Virus record (IMG/VR): IMGVR_UViG_3300037722_000380
Location: 1 to 27,378 of that record
DNA from: a virus
Strand: one strand, 5' to 3'
Length of the DNA stretch: 27,378 nt
Positions 15,992-24,780 of this stretch are shown here, piece after piece. The position numbers and the translations under genes are program-made. Every line of letters starts with the position of its first letter. The first letter of the stretch is position 1. Below the pieces are notes generated by a model. The model searched no databases, was not told the DNA's origin, and saw only the letters and a list, made by a program, of their open reading frames with translations.

Positions 15992-17551
15992 ATGACGCAT
16001 ATCGTATCCGATAAGAAAGACCCGAAGTCCCCGGCAACCACTTCGTTTGCCTGGGATGAAATGATTGATATCTGGACGCTAATCGAGACGGTTCTCGGCG
16101 GTACTCGGTCTATGCGCGCAGCGGGTCAAGAATATCTTCCGAAACATTCGGAAGAAACAGAAGAGAACTACGTTGACCGGCTTGAATCGAATTACTTGTT
16201 CAACGCCTTAGCACTGACACTCGACCATTTCGTGGGTCTCCCGTTCAGCGACCCTATGAAGGTGAAAGAGGATGTCCCGGCGGATGTCCTTGAATGGCTC
16301 GATAATATCGACCTTCAGGGAAACAACCTTACGGTTTTTGGACGCCAGTGGTTCCGTGAAGGATTGGCAAAGGGGTTTGCGCATGTTCTTATTGACATGC
16401 CCGCCATGTCGCAGGAAGAGCGCCAGACACGGACCCTTGCGGATGACCGGCGCGAAGGGCGGCGTCCATACTGGATTTTGATTCGGCCTGAAAACGTAAT
16501 CGCCGCCGTGTCTGAGATTGTGCAGACACCTGATGGGCCGCGTGAGCATTTGGTACACGTTCGTATCGTTGAAACTGAAACGGCTATGAGCGGGTTTGCT
16601 GAAGTTGAAGTCGAGCGGATTCGGGTTTTGGAACCCGGTACATGGGCGCTCTATGAGAAGCGGAAGATACTGCGGAAGAAGCCTGAGTGGGTTCTTATTG
16701 ACGGGGGTGAAACCGGGCTCGATTTTGTTCCTCTTGTCACGTTTTATGCCGAGAGGCAAGGGCTTATGCGGGCTAAGCCCCCTTTGGAAGACCTCGCGCA
16801 TTTGAATGTTCGGTGGTGGCAGTCTAACGCAGACCAAATCAATGTGTTGACGGTTGCCCGGTTTCCGATGCTTGCGGTATCGGGTGCTACTGATACATCC
16901 GGAGCGGTGATGGCTATCGGGCCTCGTCAGCTTCTTGGAACGAAAGATGCTAACGGCAAGTTTTACTACGTTGAGCACAGTGGCAAGTCGATTGCGGCTG
17001 GCCGTCAGGATTTGCTTGACATTGAAGAGCAAATGGGCAATTATGGTGCGGTGTTTCTGAAGCGTCGCCCCGGCAATCAAGCGGCTACAAGTCGGGCACT
17101 TGATAGCGCAGAAGCTACTAGCCCCCTTCAGGACATGGTTGTGCGGTTTGTCGATAGCGTGAATAATGCTCTTGATGTAACTGCAAAATGGATGAAGCTG
17201 GATACCGGCGGTACTATCGAGATGGACCTTGACTTCCAGCCGTCTGACGAAAGTGAGAACGGACCAGTCCTTGAACTTTTGGCGAAGCTTCGGAAAGACC
17301 GCGATATCAGCCGTAAGGCTATTATCGAGGAAGCAAAGCGTCGCGACATCCTCGGAGAAAATTACGACATTGAGAAGGATTTCGCACAGTTGAAGACAGA
17401 AGACGAAGTTCTGAAGCCGCTTCAGCCCCAAGTGCCGGGTACATTCGACCCTGCCGAAGGGGACCAAAACGGTAGCCCGCCTATGAAGAAACCGGCCGGG
17501 CCGGTCCGCCCTCGTTCTTCGGAACCGGAACCTGAGAATAATGACGAATAA
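15992..17551 (+). CDS. portal protein (DUF4055-type)
   Basis: Directly after terL; GGT..MR.AG..YLP, RRPYW, KPPL.DLA.LN motifs; 519 aa. Confidence 0.92.
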   Translation: MTHIVSDKKDPKSPATTSFAWDEMIDIWTLIETVLGGTRSMRAAGQEYLPKHSEETEENYVDRLESNYLFNALALTLDHFVGLPFSDPMKVKEDVPADVLEWLDNIDLQGNNLTVFGRQWFREGLAKGFAHVLIDMPAMSQEERQTRTLADDRREGRRPYWILIRPENVIAAVSEIVQTPDGPREHLVHVRIVETETAMSGFAEVEVERIRVLEPGTWALYEKRKILRKKPEWVLIDGGETGLDFVPLVTFYAERQGLMRAKPPLEDLAHLNVRWWQSNADQINVLTVARFPMLAVSGATDTSGAVMAIGPRQLLGTKDANGKFYYVEHSGKSIAAGRQDLLDIEEQMGNYGAVFLKRRPGNQAATSRALDSAEATSPLQDMVVRFVDSVNNALDVTAKWMKLDTGGTIEMDLDFQPSDESENGPVLELLAKLRKDRDISRKAIIEEAKRRDILGENYDIEKDFAQLKTEDEVLKPLQPQVPGTFDPAEGDQNGSPPMKKPAGPVRPRSSEPEPENNDE

Positions 17552-17559
17552 CAGGAGTC

Positions 17560-17883
17560 ATGCACATGGCTGGTATGCCGAAAAAAGTTTGTCTTGGTCG
17601 GGATGTGTATGACGTGTTTCTTGTCGATGAGGTTGATGACGATGATTCAAGTGGGGACTTTAACCGGCGGCATAACCGTATTCGGATTAAGAAAGGGTTG
17701 CCCAACCATTTTGAGCGTACTGTAGTGTTACATGAACTTCTTCATGCAATTATGCACCGTAGCGGATTGAGTGACCTTTTTAAAGAGGAAAAAGAAGAAC
17801 AGATCGTATTGATAATCGGCGAATGGCTGACTGACGCTCTTAGGGATAACCCTGAACTAGTGGCGTATCTTACGAGGAAGTGA
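17560..17883 (+). CDS. HExxH zinc metallopeptidase-like (IrrE/ImmA-like) protein
   Basis: VVLHELLHAI...EEQ; AGGAG RBS. Confidence 0.75.
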   Translation: MHMAGMPKKVCLGRDVYDVFLVDEVDDDDSSGDFNRRHNRIRIKKGLPNHFERTVVLHELLHAIMHRSGLSDLFKEEKEEQIVLIIGEWLTDALRDNPELVAYLTRK

Positions 17884-18425
17884 TGAGCGGTGAACTTACT
17901 ACCAAACAAATAGGGAGCCAGAAAAAACTGGCGAAATTTTTAGCGTTACTGCGGGAAACCGGTAATGTAAATCGCTCAGCCCGTGCTGTCGGTTATATTA
18001 ATCCGTCGTATGTTTATAACATGCGGAAACAAGATGATGAGTTCGCTCGCCAATGGGACGAAGCCCTATCCCTCGGGCAGAAGGTTATGACGGATGAACT
18101 CGAAGCGGAAGCTGACCGGCGAGCTATCGACGGGGTAAAGAAGCCCCTTCTGTATAAAGGCGAAGTTGTCGCCTATGAAGTTATCTATTCTGACGCGCTT
18201 CTGATGTTTCGTTTACGTGGCCTTCGTCCGGATATGTACGCGCCGAAAGGCGGCGATACCAACGTTAACGTCAGGTTCGGTGTGGCGGTTCTTCCGATGA
18301 CGGCTCCTAATGCTGATGCGTGGGAGAAGAATGCTATCGAAGTTCATGCGAATCAAAAGCAGATCGTCTTGGACCCTAAGCCGGGTCCGTCTAAAGAGAT
18401 GATCACTACAGTACGGGGTGACTGA
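17883..18425 (+). CDS. terS: terminase small subunit
   Basis: N-terminal HTH (FLALLRETGNV..SARAVG...Y..RK.D.EFA.QWDEA), LEAEA.RRAIDG, YSDALLMF.L.GLRP..Y. Confidence 0.85.
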   Translation: MSGELTTKQIGSQKKLAKFLALLRETGNVNRSARAVGYINPSYVYNMRKQDDEFARQWDEALSLGQKVMTDELEAEADRRAIDGVKKPLLYKGEVVAYEVIYSDALLMFRLRGLRPDMYAPKGGDTNVNVRFGVAVLPMTAPNADAWEKNAIEVHANQKQIVLDPKPGPSKEMITTVRGD

Positions 18426-18643
18426 TGGCACAGATAAAAGTACGGACAGCGTGGCAGGAGAGCTTGCTCCATCATGTCGAGCGGGGCCACTCGGTTGCAT
18501 CGGCTTGTCGGCTGACGAACATCTCAATCGGTCAAGTGTATACCGCGATCAAGAACAGCCCGTCATTTGAAGTACGCTTACGGGCGGTTCTTGGTGATCG
18601 GGCATCCGAGATGTTGAAAGGACTTGTGACGCGTGTCGGATGA
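18425..18643 (+). CDS. small HTH protein resembling the TerS N-terminal domain
   Basis: G.SV.SACR...I....VY......P.F pattern; TGATG coupling. Confidence 0.65.
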   Translation: MAQIKVRTAWQESLLHHVERGHSVASACRLTNISIGQVYTAIKNSPSFEVRLRAVLGDRASEMLKGLVTRVG

Positions 18644-18789
18644 TGGCTCACGTTAAGAAGGGGCACTTAGTGCGGTCTCCCGAATGGTGGAAACATCTTC
18701 GGTGGGTTAAACGTGTATTTTGGAAACGCCATCGTCGTGCTGAGCGGCGTTTAGCTGAAAAGGAGATATCCGATGTTCAACATTCCTGA
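18643..18789 (+). CDS. small basic protein (48 aa, MAHVKKGHL...PEWWKHLR)
   Basis: Read by hand; TGATG coupling. Confidence 0.55.
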   Translation: MAHVKKGHLVRSPEWWKHLRWVKRVFWKRHRRAERRLAEKEISDVQHS

Positions 18790-19201
18790 GCGGCTTATTA
18801 CTGTTATTCGGTGGGGCAAAATTACCCTTGGATTGAGCGCGATAACTGCTCTAATTTTGGCTATCGCCATTAGTTTCGCAAATGCTGTTGAGCCCGGTGA
18901 GCAAGGAGCTACGTCACTCGTATGTCTCGATGAAGAGAGTGCGGTAAAACTTCTGGCGCTCTCAGATACAGCCACGAAAACAGCGGATTGGTCTGCTGTT
19001 ACGGCGTACATGGATGCCCAAGATAATATGTGTATTTTTGTTCGGGATGGTTTCGCAACAGATGATGGTCCCTTGGAATACCTTGGTATCGTTTTGGTCC
19101 AAGAAATTCATGTGGGAGAATTTGGTTCTGCATGGCTGGCAATAAGTGACGCCGGTATTCCTGTTTATGTTTTCGTTCGGCATGAAGAACAAGGGGCTTG
19201 A
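18773..19201 (+). CDS. putative exported/membrane-anchored protein
   Basis: AAGGAG RBS; N-terminal hydrophobic segment ending A-N-A. Confidence 0.7.
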   Translation: MFNIPERLITVIRWGKITLGLSAITALILAIAISFANAVEPGEQGATSLVCLDEESAVKLLALSDTATKTADWSAVTAYMDAQDNMCIFVRDGFATDDGPLEYLGIVLVQEIHVGEFGSAWLAISDAGIPVYVFVRHEEQGA

Positions 19202-19281
19202 CAATTAAATCATGTTCTGTTCTACTCTAAGACAACTAGCTTCGTCGGCAGGGTGATCCTGTACGACTGACAATGGAGACG

Positions 19282-20115
19282 ATGATGTTCGATTTTGCTA
19301 AGAATCTCACGGTTGCGGATATCGCAACTGTTCCCGAGAACTATCGCGGCCTGTATGCCGAAGTTGAAGAGAACGGCACAAAGGTCTTCCGAATTTCCGA
19401 CACTGCAAAAGGTATTGTCGAAGCGTATATCGGTACTAACGATGCGCTCGCGAAGTCCCGTGGCGATCTGTCTAAAGCCAATGCTGAATCCGCAAGTCGT
19501 CGGGTAACTAAGCAAGGTGTCCTTGAGCTTCTGAAGAGTTTCGGAGCCGAGGGAGTCAGCGAAGATGACCCATTGGAATCTTTGAAAGCTCATCTTGAGG
19601 GTTTGGTCTCTCAAGTGAAGAACGGTAAAGACATCAAAATCAACTTTGATAAAATCAAAGCTGATCACGCCAGGGCACTCTCAGAAGCCGTAGCGACTAA
19701 GGATGTCGAAAACGCAAAGATGAAGGGTGCGCTAGAGCGGTATCTTGTCGATCAGGCGGCAACCGCAGCATTGGCTGCTGCAAAGGGAAGTATCCAGCTT
19801 CTTCTTCCACATGTGAAGGAGCACGCTAAGGTCGTACAGGACGGCGAAGACTTTGTTGTCCGTGTTGTCGATCAACAAGGTGATTTCCGGGTAGATGGTA
19901 AGGGCGGCTTTATGTCGGTTGCAGACCTTGTTACCGAGATGAAGACACAAGAAGGGTTTAACCGCGCATTCGAGAGTGAAGCGGCTCCGGGTTCCGGAGC
20001 AAAGCCGGGCTCGCAAAATCGCGTGGTCACACAGCGTGCCGAAGACTCTATGTCCGCAACAGATAAGATTTCACGCGGTCTTCAAAAGGGGCAGTATAAG
20101 AAAAATCATCCGTAA
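19282..20115 (+). CDS. capsid scaffolding protein
   Basis: Coiled-coil composition, C-terminal GSGA..G and KI..GL motif, directly before MCP. Confidence 0.85.
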   Translation: MMFDFAKNLTVADIATVPENYRGLYAEVEENGTKVFRISDTAKGIVEAYIGTNDALAKSRGDLSKANAESASRRVTKQGVLELLKSFGAEGVSEDDPLESLKAHLEGLVSQVKNGKDIKINFDKIKADHARALSEAVATKDVENAKMKGALERYLVDQAATAALAAAKGSIQLLLPHVKEHAKVVQDGEDFVVRVVDQQGDFRVDGKGGFMSVADLVTEMKTQEGFNRAFESEAAPGSGAKPGSQNRVVTQRAEDSMSATDKISRGLQKGQYKKNHP

Positions 20116-20127
20116 CACGAAGGGGGG

Positions 20128-20156
20128 TTTACAGTCCCCCTTTCTTGTCGTATATT
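20128..20156 (+). promoter_or_regulatory. putative promoter for major capsid gene, overlapping a GGGGG/CCCCC hairpin
   Basis: TTTACA-N17-TATATT. Confidence 0.55.
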
Positions 20157-20298
20157 ATTCGTGAGTTTTACGGCGTGTCTTGTTTGACACGGGGTGATGG
20201 TTCTCGGCGGGTGATCCAAAGAGACCGATATAAGGCGACGTGATGTCGCGCCTCATGCCGGTATCGTGGACTTCGGAAGAGCCCAAGGAGGAATCATC

Positions 20299-21270
20299 AT
20301 GGCTTCCGTTACGCTTCTTGAATCGGCAAAGCTCGCTCAGGATGAGCTTGTAGCCGGAGTTATCGAGAACATCGTCACTGTGAATCGGATGTTCGAGATG
20401 CTGCCGTTCGATGGTATCGACGGTAACGCGCTTGCTTACAACCGTGAGAATGCTCTTGGCCCGGTTGCGACTGTCGGTATTGGTAACACAGACGGTGTGA
20501 TTGGTCCAGGCGCATCCGGCACGAACTCTGTTGAGCGTGCGGCTGCGAAGGACGCGGCAACCTTCACTCAGGTTACCAGCACTCTGACCACCATCATGGG
20601 TGACGCAGAAGTGAACGGCCTTATTCAGGCTACGCGTTCGGGCGACGGTAACGACCAGACGGCGGTTCAGATTGCCTCAAAGGCAAAGAGCGCCGGTCGG
20701 AAGTACCAGAACCTTCTCATCAACGGCGACGGTTCGAACTTCTCGTTCCCTGGCCTGTTGTCTCTTGTTCCGGTAAGCCAAACCATTGCTGCAACCGGCG
20801 GTTCGGGTGACGCCTTGTCATTCGAGCGCATGGACGCGCTGATGGACTTGGTTGTGGACAAGGATGGCGCGGTGGACTACTTCGCCATGCACGCCCGGAC
20901 CATTCGGTCTGTGATGTCATTGCTCCGTGCTCTTGGCGGCGCAAGCATCAATGACGTGGTGGAGATGCCGAGCGGCGAGACTGTTCCGGCTTATCGTGGT
21001 ATTCCGATTTTCCGCAACGACTGGATTCCGATCAACCAGACGACCGGCGGCAACATGACCACGACCACGTTCTTTGCCGGTACTTTCGATGATGGCTCAC
21101 GGCAGCACGGTATCGCCGGTCTAACGGCTCAGAATGCCGCAGGCATCAGCGTTGTTGATGTTGGCGAATCTGAGACCAAGGACGAGCGTATCTGGCGTGT
21201 GAAGTGGTACTCGGGCCTCGCTCTATTCTCTGAGCTTGGCATCGCGGCAGCCACGGGCATCACCAACTAA
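20299..21270 (+). CDS. major capsid protein (YuA-like, HK97 fold)
   Basis: MASVTLLESAKL.QD.LVAGVIENIVTVN...GNALAYNREN...RVKWY.GLALFS; AAGGAGG RBS. Confidence 0.95.
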   Translation: MASVTLLESAKLAQDELVAGVIENIVTVNRMFEMLPFDGIDGNALAYNRENALGPVATVGIGNTDGVIGPGASGTNSVERAAAKDAATFTQVTSTLTTIMGDAEVNGLIQATRSGDGNDQTAVQIASKAKSAGRKYQNLLINGDGSNFSFPGLLSLVPVSQTIAATGGSGDALSFERMDALMDLVVDKDGAVDYFAMHARTIRSVMSLLRALGGASINDVVEMPSGETVPAYRGIPIFRNDWIPINQTTGGNMTTTTFFAGTFDDGSRQHGIAGLTAQNAAGISVVDVGESETKDERIWRVKWYSGLALFSELGIAAATGITN

Positions 21271-21315
21271 CATGAGGAAGTGGGGGCTGACTTCATAGTC
21301 GGCCCCCTTCTCATG
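21271..21315 (+). terminator. strong hairpin after MCP (terminator or attenuator)
   Basis: GGGGGCTGACT-TCAT-AGTCGGCCCCC followed by TTCT. Confidence 0.65.
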
Positions 21316-21342
21316 CGGTGAGACTTTACAGAGGATAATTTC

Positions 21343-22182
21343 ATGCCAGCATTTCTTGTTGAGCTTCCTGTTGAACAACCGGGCGCATCCGGTTATGTCG
21401 GTGGTAACGTAGCTGTTGTGTTTGCTGCCGATGCAGAAGACGCCCTGGCGGCAGCCGATGCTCAGTTTGGTCAGGATGCTCGGGGTCTTTTCACGGCCAT
21501 TGGAACCGCAACAGAGATTGTGGCTGAAACCGACATGGAAGGCTACAGTCTTCATGTTCGCGTTTGGGATGCTGTTCCTTTAATTGATGTAGAAGCCGTT
21601 ACTGATGCAGTGGCGGGTCTTGGCGCGAATGCCGTGGCTATTCAAGCAGGCGGTACAGGCTATACAGCGGCTGACATCTTGACCGTTGGTGGTGGTACTG
21701 CTTCTCGTGCAGCTACACTTCGAGTGACTTCGATTAACGCGGGAGTAGTGGACGGTATTGAACTTGTTGATCCGGGTGAGTATTCAGTGTTGCCGAGCAA
21801 TCCAGTTGCAGTTACTGGCGGCACCGGCGGTGATGACGCAACCTTTAATCTTACAAGCAATGGTGGTGTGGATTATACCGCTCTGTTTGCCATGGCGGTT
21901 GGTCTGCTTAATGCTGACGCGCAGATTGATGGTGCCTCTGTTGATCTTGGTGAGGGGGGTATCGGTGCAACCGATTTGACTTTCATCGTAGCACTCGGCG
22001 GGGGTAATGACGATCTCGGTGACAAAAATATGATTGTCGAGTTTCGTAAGAATGGTACGGCTGTCCCAAGTCTAGTCGGTGCTCTCACCGATGGCGGCGT
22101 GGCGGCGGATAATCTGGAATTTGCCATTCCGGCGGCGGCTGCGGTGGTTCAACCAAACGTATTGCGTGTACTGAAGCAGTAA
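21343..22182 (+). CDS. virion structural protein (head decoration/fibre-like)
   Basis: Follows MCP; Gly/Ala/Val-rich with GGTGY...G.Y...P beta-repeat. Confidence 0.75.
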   Translation: MPAFLVELPVEQPGASGYVGGNVAVVFAADAEDALAAADAQFGQDARGLFTAIGTATEIVAETDMEGYSLHVRVWDAVPLIDVEAVTDAVAGLGANAVAIQAGGTGYTAADILTVGGGTASRAATLRVTSINAGVVDGIELVDPGEYSVLPSNPVAVTGGTGGDDATFNLTSNGGVDYTALFAMAVGLLNADAQIDGASVDLGEGGIGATDLTFIVALGGGNDDLGDKNMIVEFRKNGTAVPSLVGALTDGGVAADNLEFAIPAAAAVVQPNVLRVLKQ

Positions 22183-22212
22183 TCAGTCCTAGGTCGGGGA
22201 CTATGGTGAGTT

Positions 22213-22252
22213 AAACGCCCGTTTGGTCGCCTAGCGTCCGGCGGGCGTTTTC
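22213..22252 (+). terminator. intrinsic terminator
   Basis: AAACGCCCG...CGGGCGTTTT. Confidence 0.65.
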
Positions 22253-22301
22253 GTGAGAACCTAGAGGCGTAATGCCCGTGATTTAGTTGGTGGAGATGAC
22301 A

Positions 22302-22949
22302 ATGCCCGCATCGAATTTGATGAGGTATGAATTTCATTTGTTTGGTCCGTTAAACGGCAAGAGTATGAACATCGGCGGACATCAGTTTATCGCCGGTAAA
22401 TATCAGATCGTCGCTAAGCCGGAGGATGCGAAGTTTGTAATTCGGTATCTATCGCATTGGCAGGCATATGCTAAGGGCACGCCCGAGTATGCCGCAGCGG
22501 TGGAGAAAGAAAATGGCGCAGGTAAAGTTCAAGGCGATGCGCGGAGTGGGCAGGCAGAAGCTCTTTCGGGCAACGTTCAGTCGGATGGGAGAGAATTTAC
22601 CCCGTCGCAAGTCGATGAAGTCAGCGGACATGCTGGTTCCGCGCAAAGGGAAGCCGGGCTTCGTTCCGAGGGGAACGGACACACGGACGCCGGGGTTCCC
22701 AATTTCGAGGAAGCGGATTCGCTAAAACCGCCAACGGAGCCAACGGTACTTCCGAGTGAGACGCTTCGGGCGGCGGTTATGAAATTAGACCCCGATAATG
22801 TAGATCACTGGACTCAGGCCGGTCTTCCGAAGTTATCGGTGATTGATGAAGTTCTTGGGCGTGCGGGTGCGACTCGTAAAGATGTGGAAGCGGCTGTGCC
22901 GGGTTGGACTCGGGACAAAGCATTAGAGAGGATAGCCGCTGATTTGTAA
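22302..22949 (+). CDS. head-module protein with C-terminal LDP.N..HWT..G.P motif
   Basis: GGAG RBS; N- and C-terminal domains joined by a low-complexity linker. Confidence 0.8.
   Translation: MPASNLMRYEFHLFGPLNGKSMNIGGHQFIAGKYQIVAKPEDAKFVIRYLSHWQAYAKGTPEYAAAVEKENGAGKVQGDARSGQAEALSGNVQSDGREFTPSQVDEVSGHAGSAQREAGLRSEGNGHTDAGVPNFEEADSLKPPTEPTVLPSETLRAAVMKLDPDNVDHWTQAGLPKLSVIDEVLGRAGATRKDVEAAVPGWTRDKALERIAADL
22513..22725 (+). CDS. overprinted (+1 frame) highly basic 70-aa protein MAQVKFKAMRG...RKRIR
   Basis: GGAG RBS 7 nt upstream of ATG; spans the linker of the host gene. Confidence 0.5.
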   Translation: MAQVKFKAMRGVGRQKLFRATFSRMGENLPRRKSMKSADMLVPRKGKPGFVPRGTDTRTPGFPISRKRIR

Positions 22950-22960
22950 GGATTTACGGC

Positions 22961-23107
22961 GTGGCTAAGACGAAGAGCAAGCGACAGGTTCGGTTTTTGC
23001 TATCCTCAGGTAGTCCGCTCTCGGGTCGTCAGAGAGGCAAGTTGAAGCGTGAGCTTCATACTGGTGCAGTGAAAGTTCGTAAAGGACGGAAACGGAAGCG
23101 GAAATGA
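22961..23107 (+). CDS. very basic 48-aa peptide (MAKTKSKRQVRFLLS...KGRKRKRK)
   Basis: Read by hand; AAGGA RBS, GTG start. Confidence 0.65.
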   Translation: MAKTKSKRQVRFLLSSGSPLSGRQRGKLKRELHTGAVKVRKGRKRKRK

Positions 23108-23231
23108 GTTCTTTGTTGTTCAGTTTGTATTGCAATCGTGAGCAGTTTGCAATGCTCGGAGCGGTCTTGCTTACCTTCTTATTTTAAGGTATTATCTTCA
23201 TGTGCCGTAATCTCGAAAAGGGAGAGAAACC

Positions 23232-23513
23232 ATGGCTATCGTAGCACACGTTGTTGAGCGCCTTGTCGATCCGGGCGACTTTTTGGTTGATGGTATCGTT
23301 GGCGTTGTTATCGCCATTGACGATGCCGTTGACACCACAGATGCCCTCGTGCAAGCACGGGCGCGCACGGTTATAAATGCCGTACTTGGTGCGGGCAAAC
23401 TACCTGTCGGTTACTTCAATGCTAACCGGTTGGCGTCAACATATGATGATGCTGAAGGGGTAGACATCACGGTATTCGGCGGCGAGCGTGTCCATCACGC
23501 AATTGCTGAATAA
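23232..23513 (+). CDS. putative small virion protein
   Basis: GGGAG RBS; ORF track. Confidence 0.75.
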   Translation: MAIVAHVVERLVDPGDFLVDGIVGVVIAIDDAVDTTDALVQARARTVINAVLGAGKLPVGYFNANRLASTYDDAEGVDITVFGGERVHHAIAE

Positions 23514-23538
23514 TACGTTGTAACTCAGGAGACGAACC

Positions 23539-23724
23539 ATGGCGGGCGGCGCATACGGAAATCTCATGAACTCCGGCCGGGCGCATGTGGCTTCTTCTGG
23601 TATGACTCGTAATGGTCCGAGCCAGAAGAATATCGCTCATGGTGCGAAGCGCAAGCCGCACCCTAACGCAGCGATTAAGAGCCACACGGGCGCGATCAAG
23701 GGTATGGATCGGGGCACGGGTTAA
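23539..23724 (+). CDS. small basic Gly-rich protein
   Basis: AGGAG RBS. Confidence 0.65.
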   Translation: MAGGAYGNLMNSGRAHVASSGMTRNGPSQKNIAHGAKRKPHPNAAIKSHTGAIKGMDRGTG

Positions 23725-23749
23725 TCCCCTGCCCTGAAGGCAGGCGGGT

Positions 23750-24382
23750 ATGGCTTTCACCTTTACTGTTGAAGACGGCACCGGTCTCGAAAATGCAAAT
23801 GCCTATATCACGGAGGCATTTTTCCGGGACCATCATGACGGTCGGAGTCGCGATGTCACTTTCTATTCTCAAGAAGAGGTAGAAGGTGCTGTCGTCAAAG
23901 CATCGGATTACGTTGACCAACGCTTTGGCCGTAGGTTCTTGGGTACTCGTCTCATAAACCAGCAAGGATTAGAGTGGCCTCGGTTGAGCGCCTTTGACAA
24001 TGATGGTTTCCTTCTAAATGAGCCGTATGACGGTGTGCCACGGCAGCTTGAAAAAGCTGTGGCAGAGTACGCGCTGATTGTTCTTCGGCTCATTGGTAAT
24101 GAGCTTCTTCCTATTCCCGCACGGCCATTCGCGACTATTGACGAAGATACCGGTGAGATTAGTGGCGGCGTAAGTGGTCAGATCGTGCGTAATCGGGAAC
24201 GGGTTGGTCCCCTTGAAACCGAGCAATGGTACTCGGACCGCAGTCGGGCGGGCGAGCGTGCCGTTGGCGTAAAGTCATCTCTAGTAGATGACTTGAATAT
24301 TCCGGATTATCCGCGTGCCGATTTATGGCTTGAAGAGTTGCTTCATCCGTCGATGTCTATTCGGCTAGGCCGGGGAGACTAA
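23750..24382 (+). CDS. head-tail adaptor (DnaT-like N-terminus family)
   Basis: VEDGTGL.NANAY...A.DYVD...Q.LEWPR...P..L..A..EYA signature. Confidence 0.88.
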   Translation: MAFTFTVEDGTGLENANAYITEAFFRDHHDGRSRDVTFYSQEEVEGAVVKASDYVDQRFGRRFLGTRLINQQGLEWPRLSAFDNDGFLLNEPYDGVPRQLEKAVAEYALIVLRLIGNELLPIPARPFATIDEDTGEISGGVSGQIVRNRERVGPLETEQWYSDRSRAGERAVGVKSSLVDDLNIPDYPRADLWLEELLHPSMSIRLGRGD

Positions 24383-24384
24383 CC

Positions 24385-24780
24385 ATGGCGATTAATATCG
24401 CCAATATGCGGGCCACAGCGCAACGGTTGATTTCAGAGAACGGCCGGGCTATGACGTTGGTTCGTTTGGACCAAGGGAACCCGACCGATCCGACGAAGCC
24501 GTGGCGTGAAAGTACCGGGGCGTCTGAAGTCATTTTTTCAATCATTGGAGTGTTTACCGAATTTGAGAAAGAGGATTTCGACGGGACGTTAGTACGGCGT
24601 GGCGATAAGAGGGTTCTCGCGGCAGCAAGCGCAGTAGAGGTCGCAGCCGGTTTTTCAGATAATGCCGTTGAGGATTACGACATGGTTCTTGACGGAACAG
24701 TGCGCTGGAAAATTGTAGATGTTCGGGTCATCCAACCGGGTGTTGATAAAGTTTTGTATGATATTCATGTGAGGCAGTAA
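24385..24780 (+). CDS. head closure/stopper protein
   Basis: A.RLI..NGR, DGTLV..GD, P....LY...VR motifs; synteny. Confidence 0.82.
   Translation: MAINIANMRATAQRLISENGRAMTLVRLDQGNPTDPTKPWRESTGASEVIFSIIGVFTEFEKEDFDGTLVRRGDKRVLAAASAVEVAAGFSDNAVEDYDMVLDGTVRWKIVDVRVIQPGVDKVLYDIHVRQ

Noticed and set aside
16208-17467. 419-aa minus-strand ORF
   Set aside because: Fully antisense to the portal gene, no recognisable motifs; typical shadow ORF
23750-24382. Primosomal DnaT replication gene
   Set aside because: The DnaT-like family label here corresponds to a head-tail adaptor by synteny
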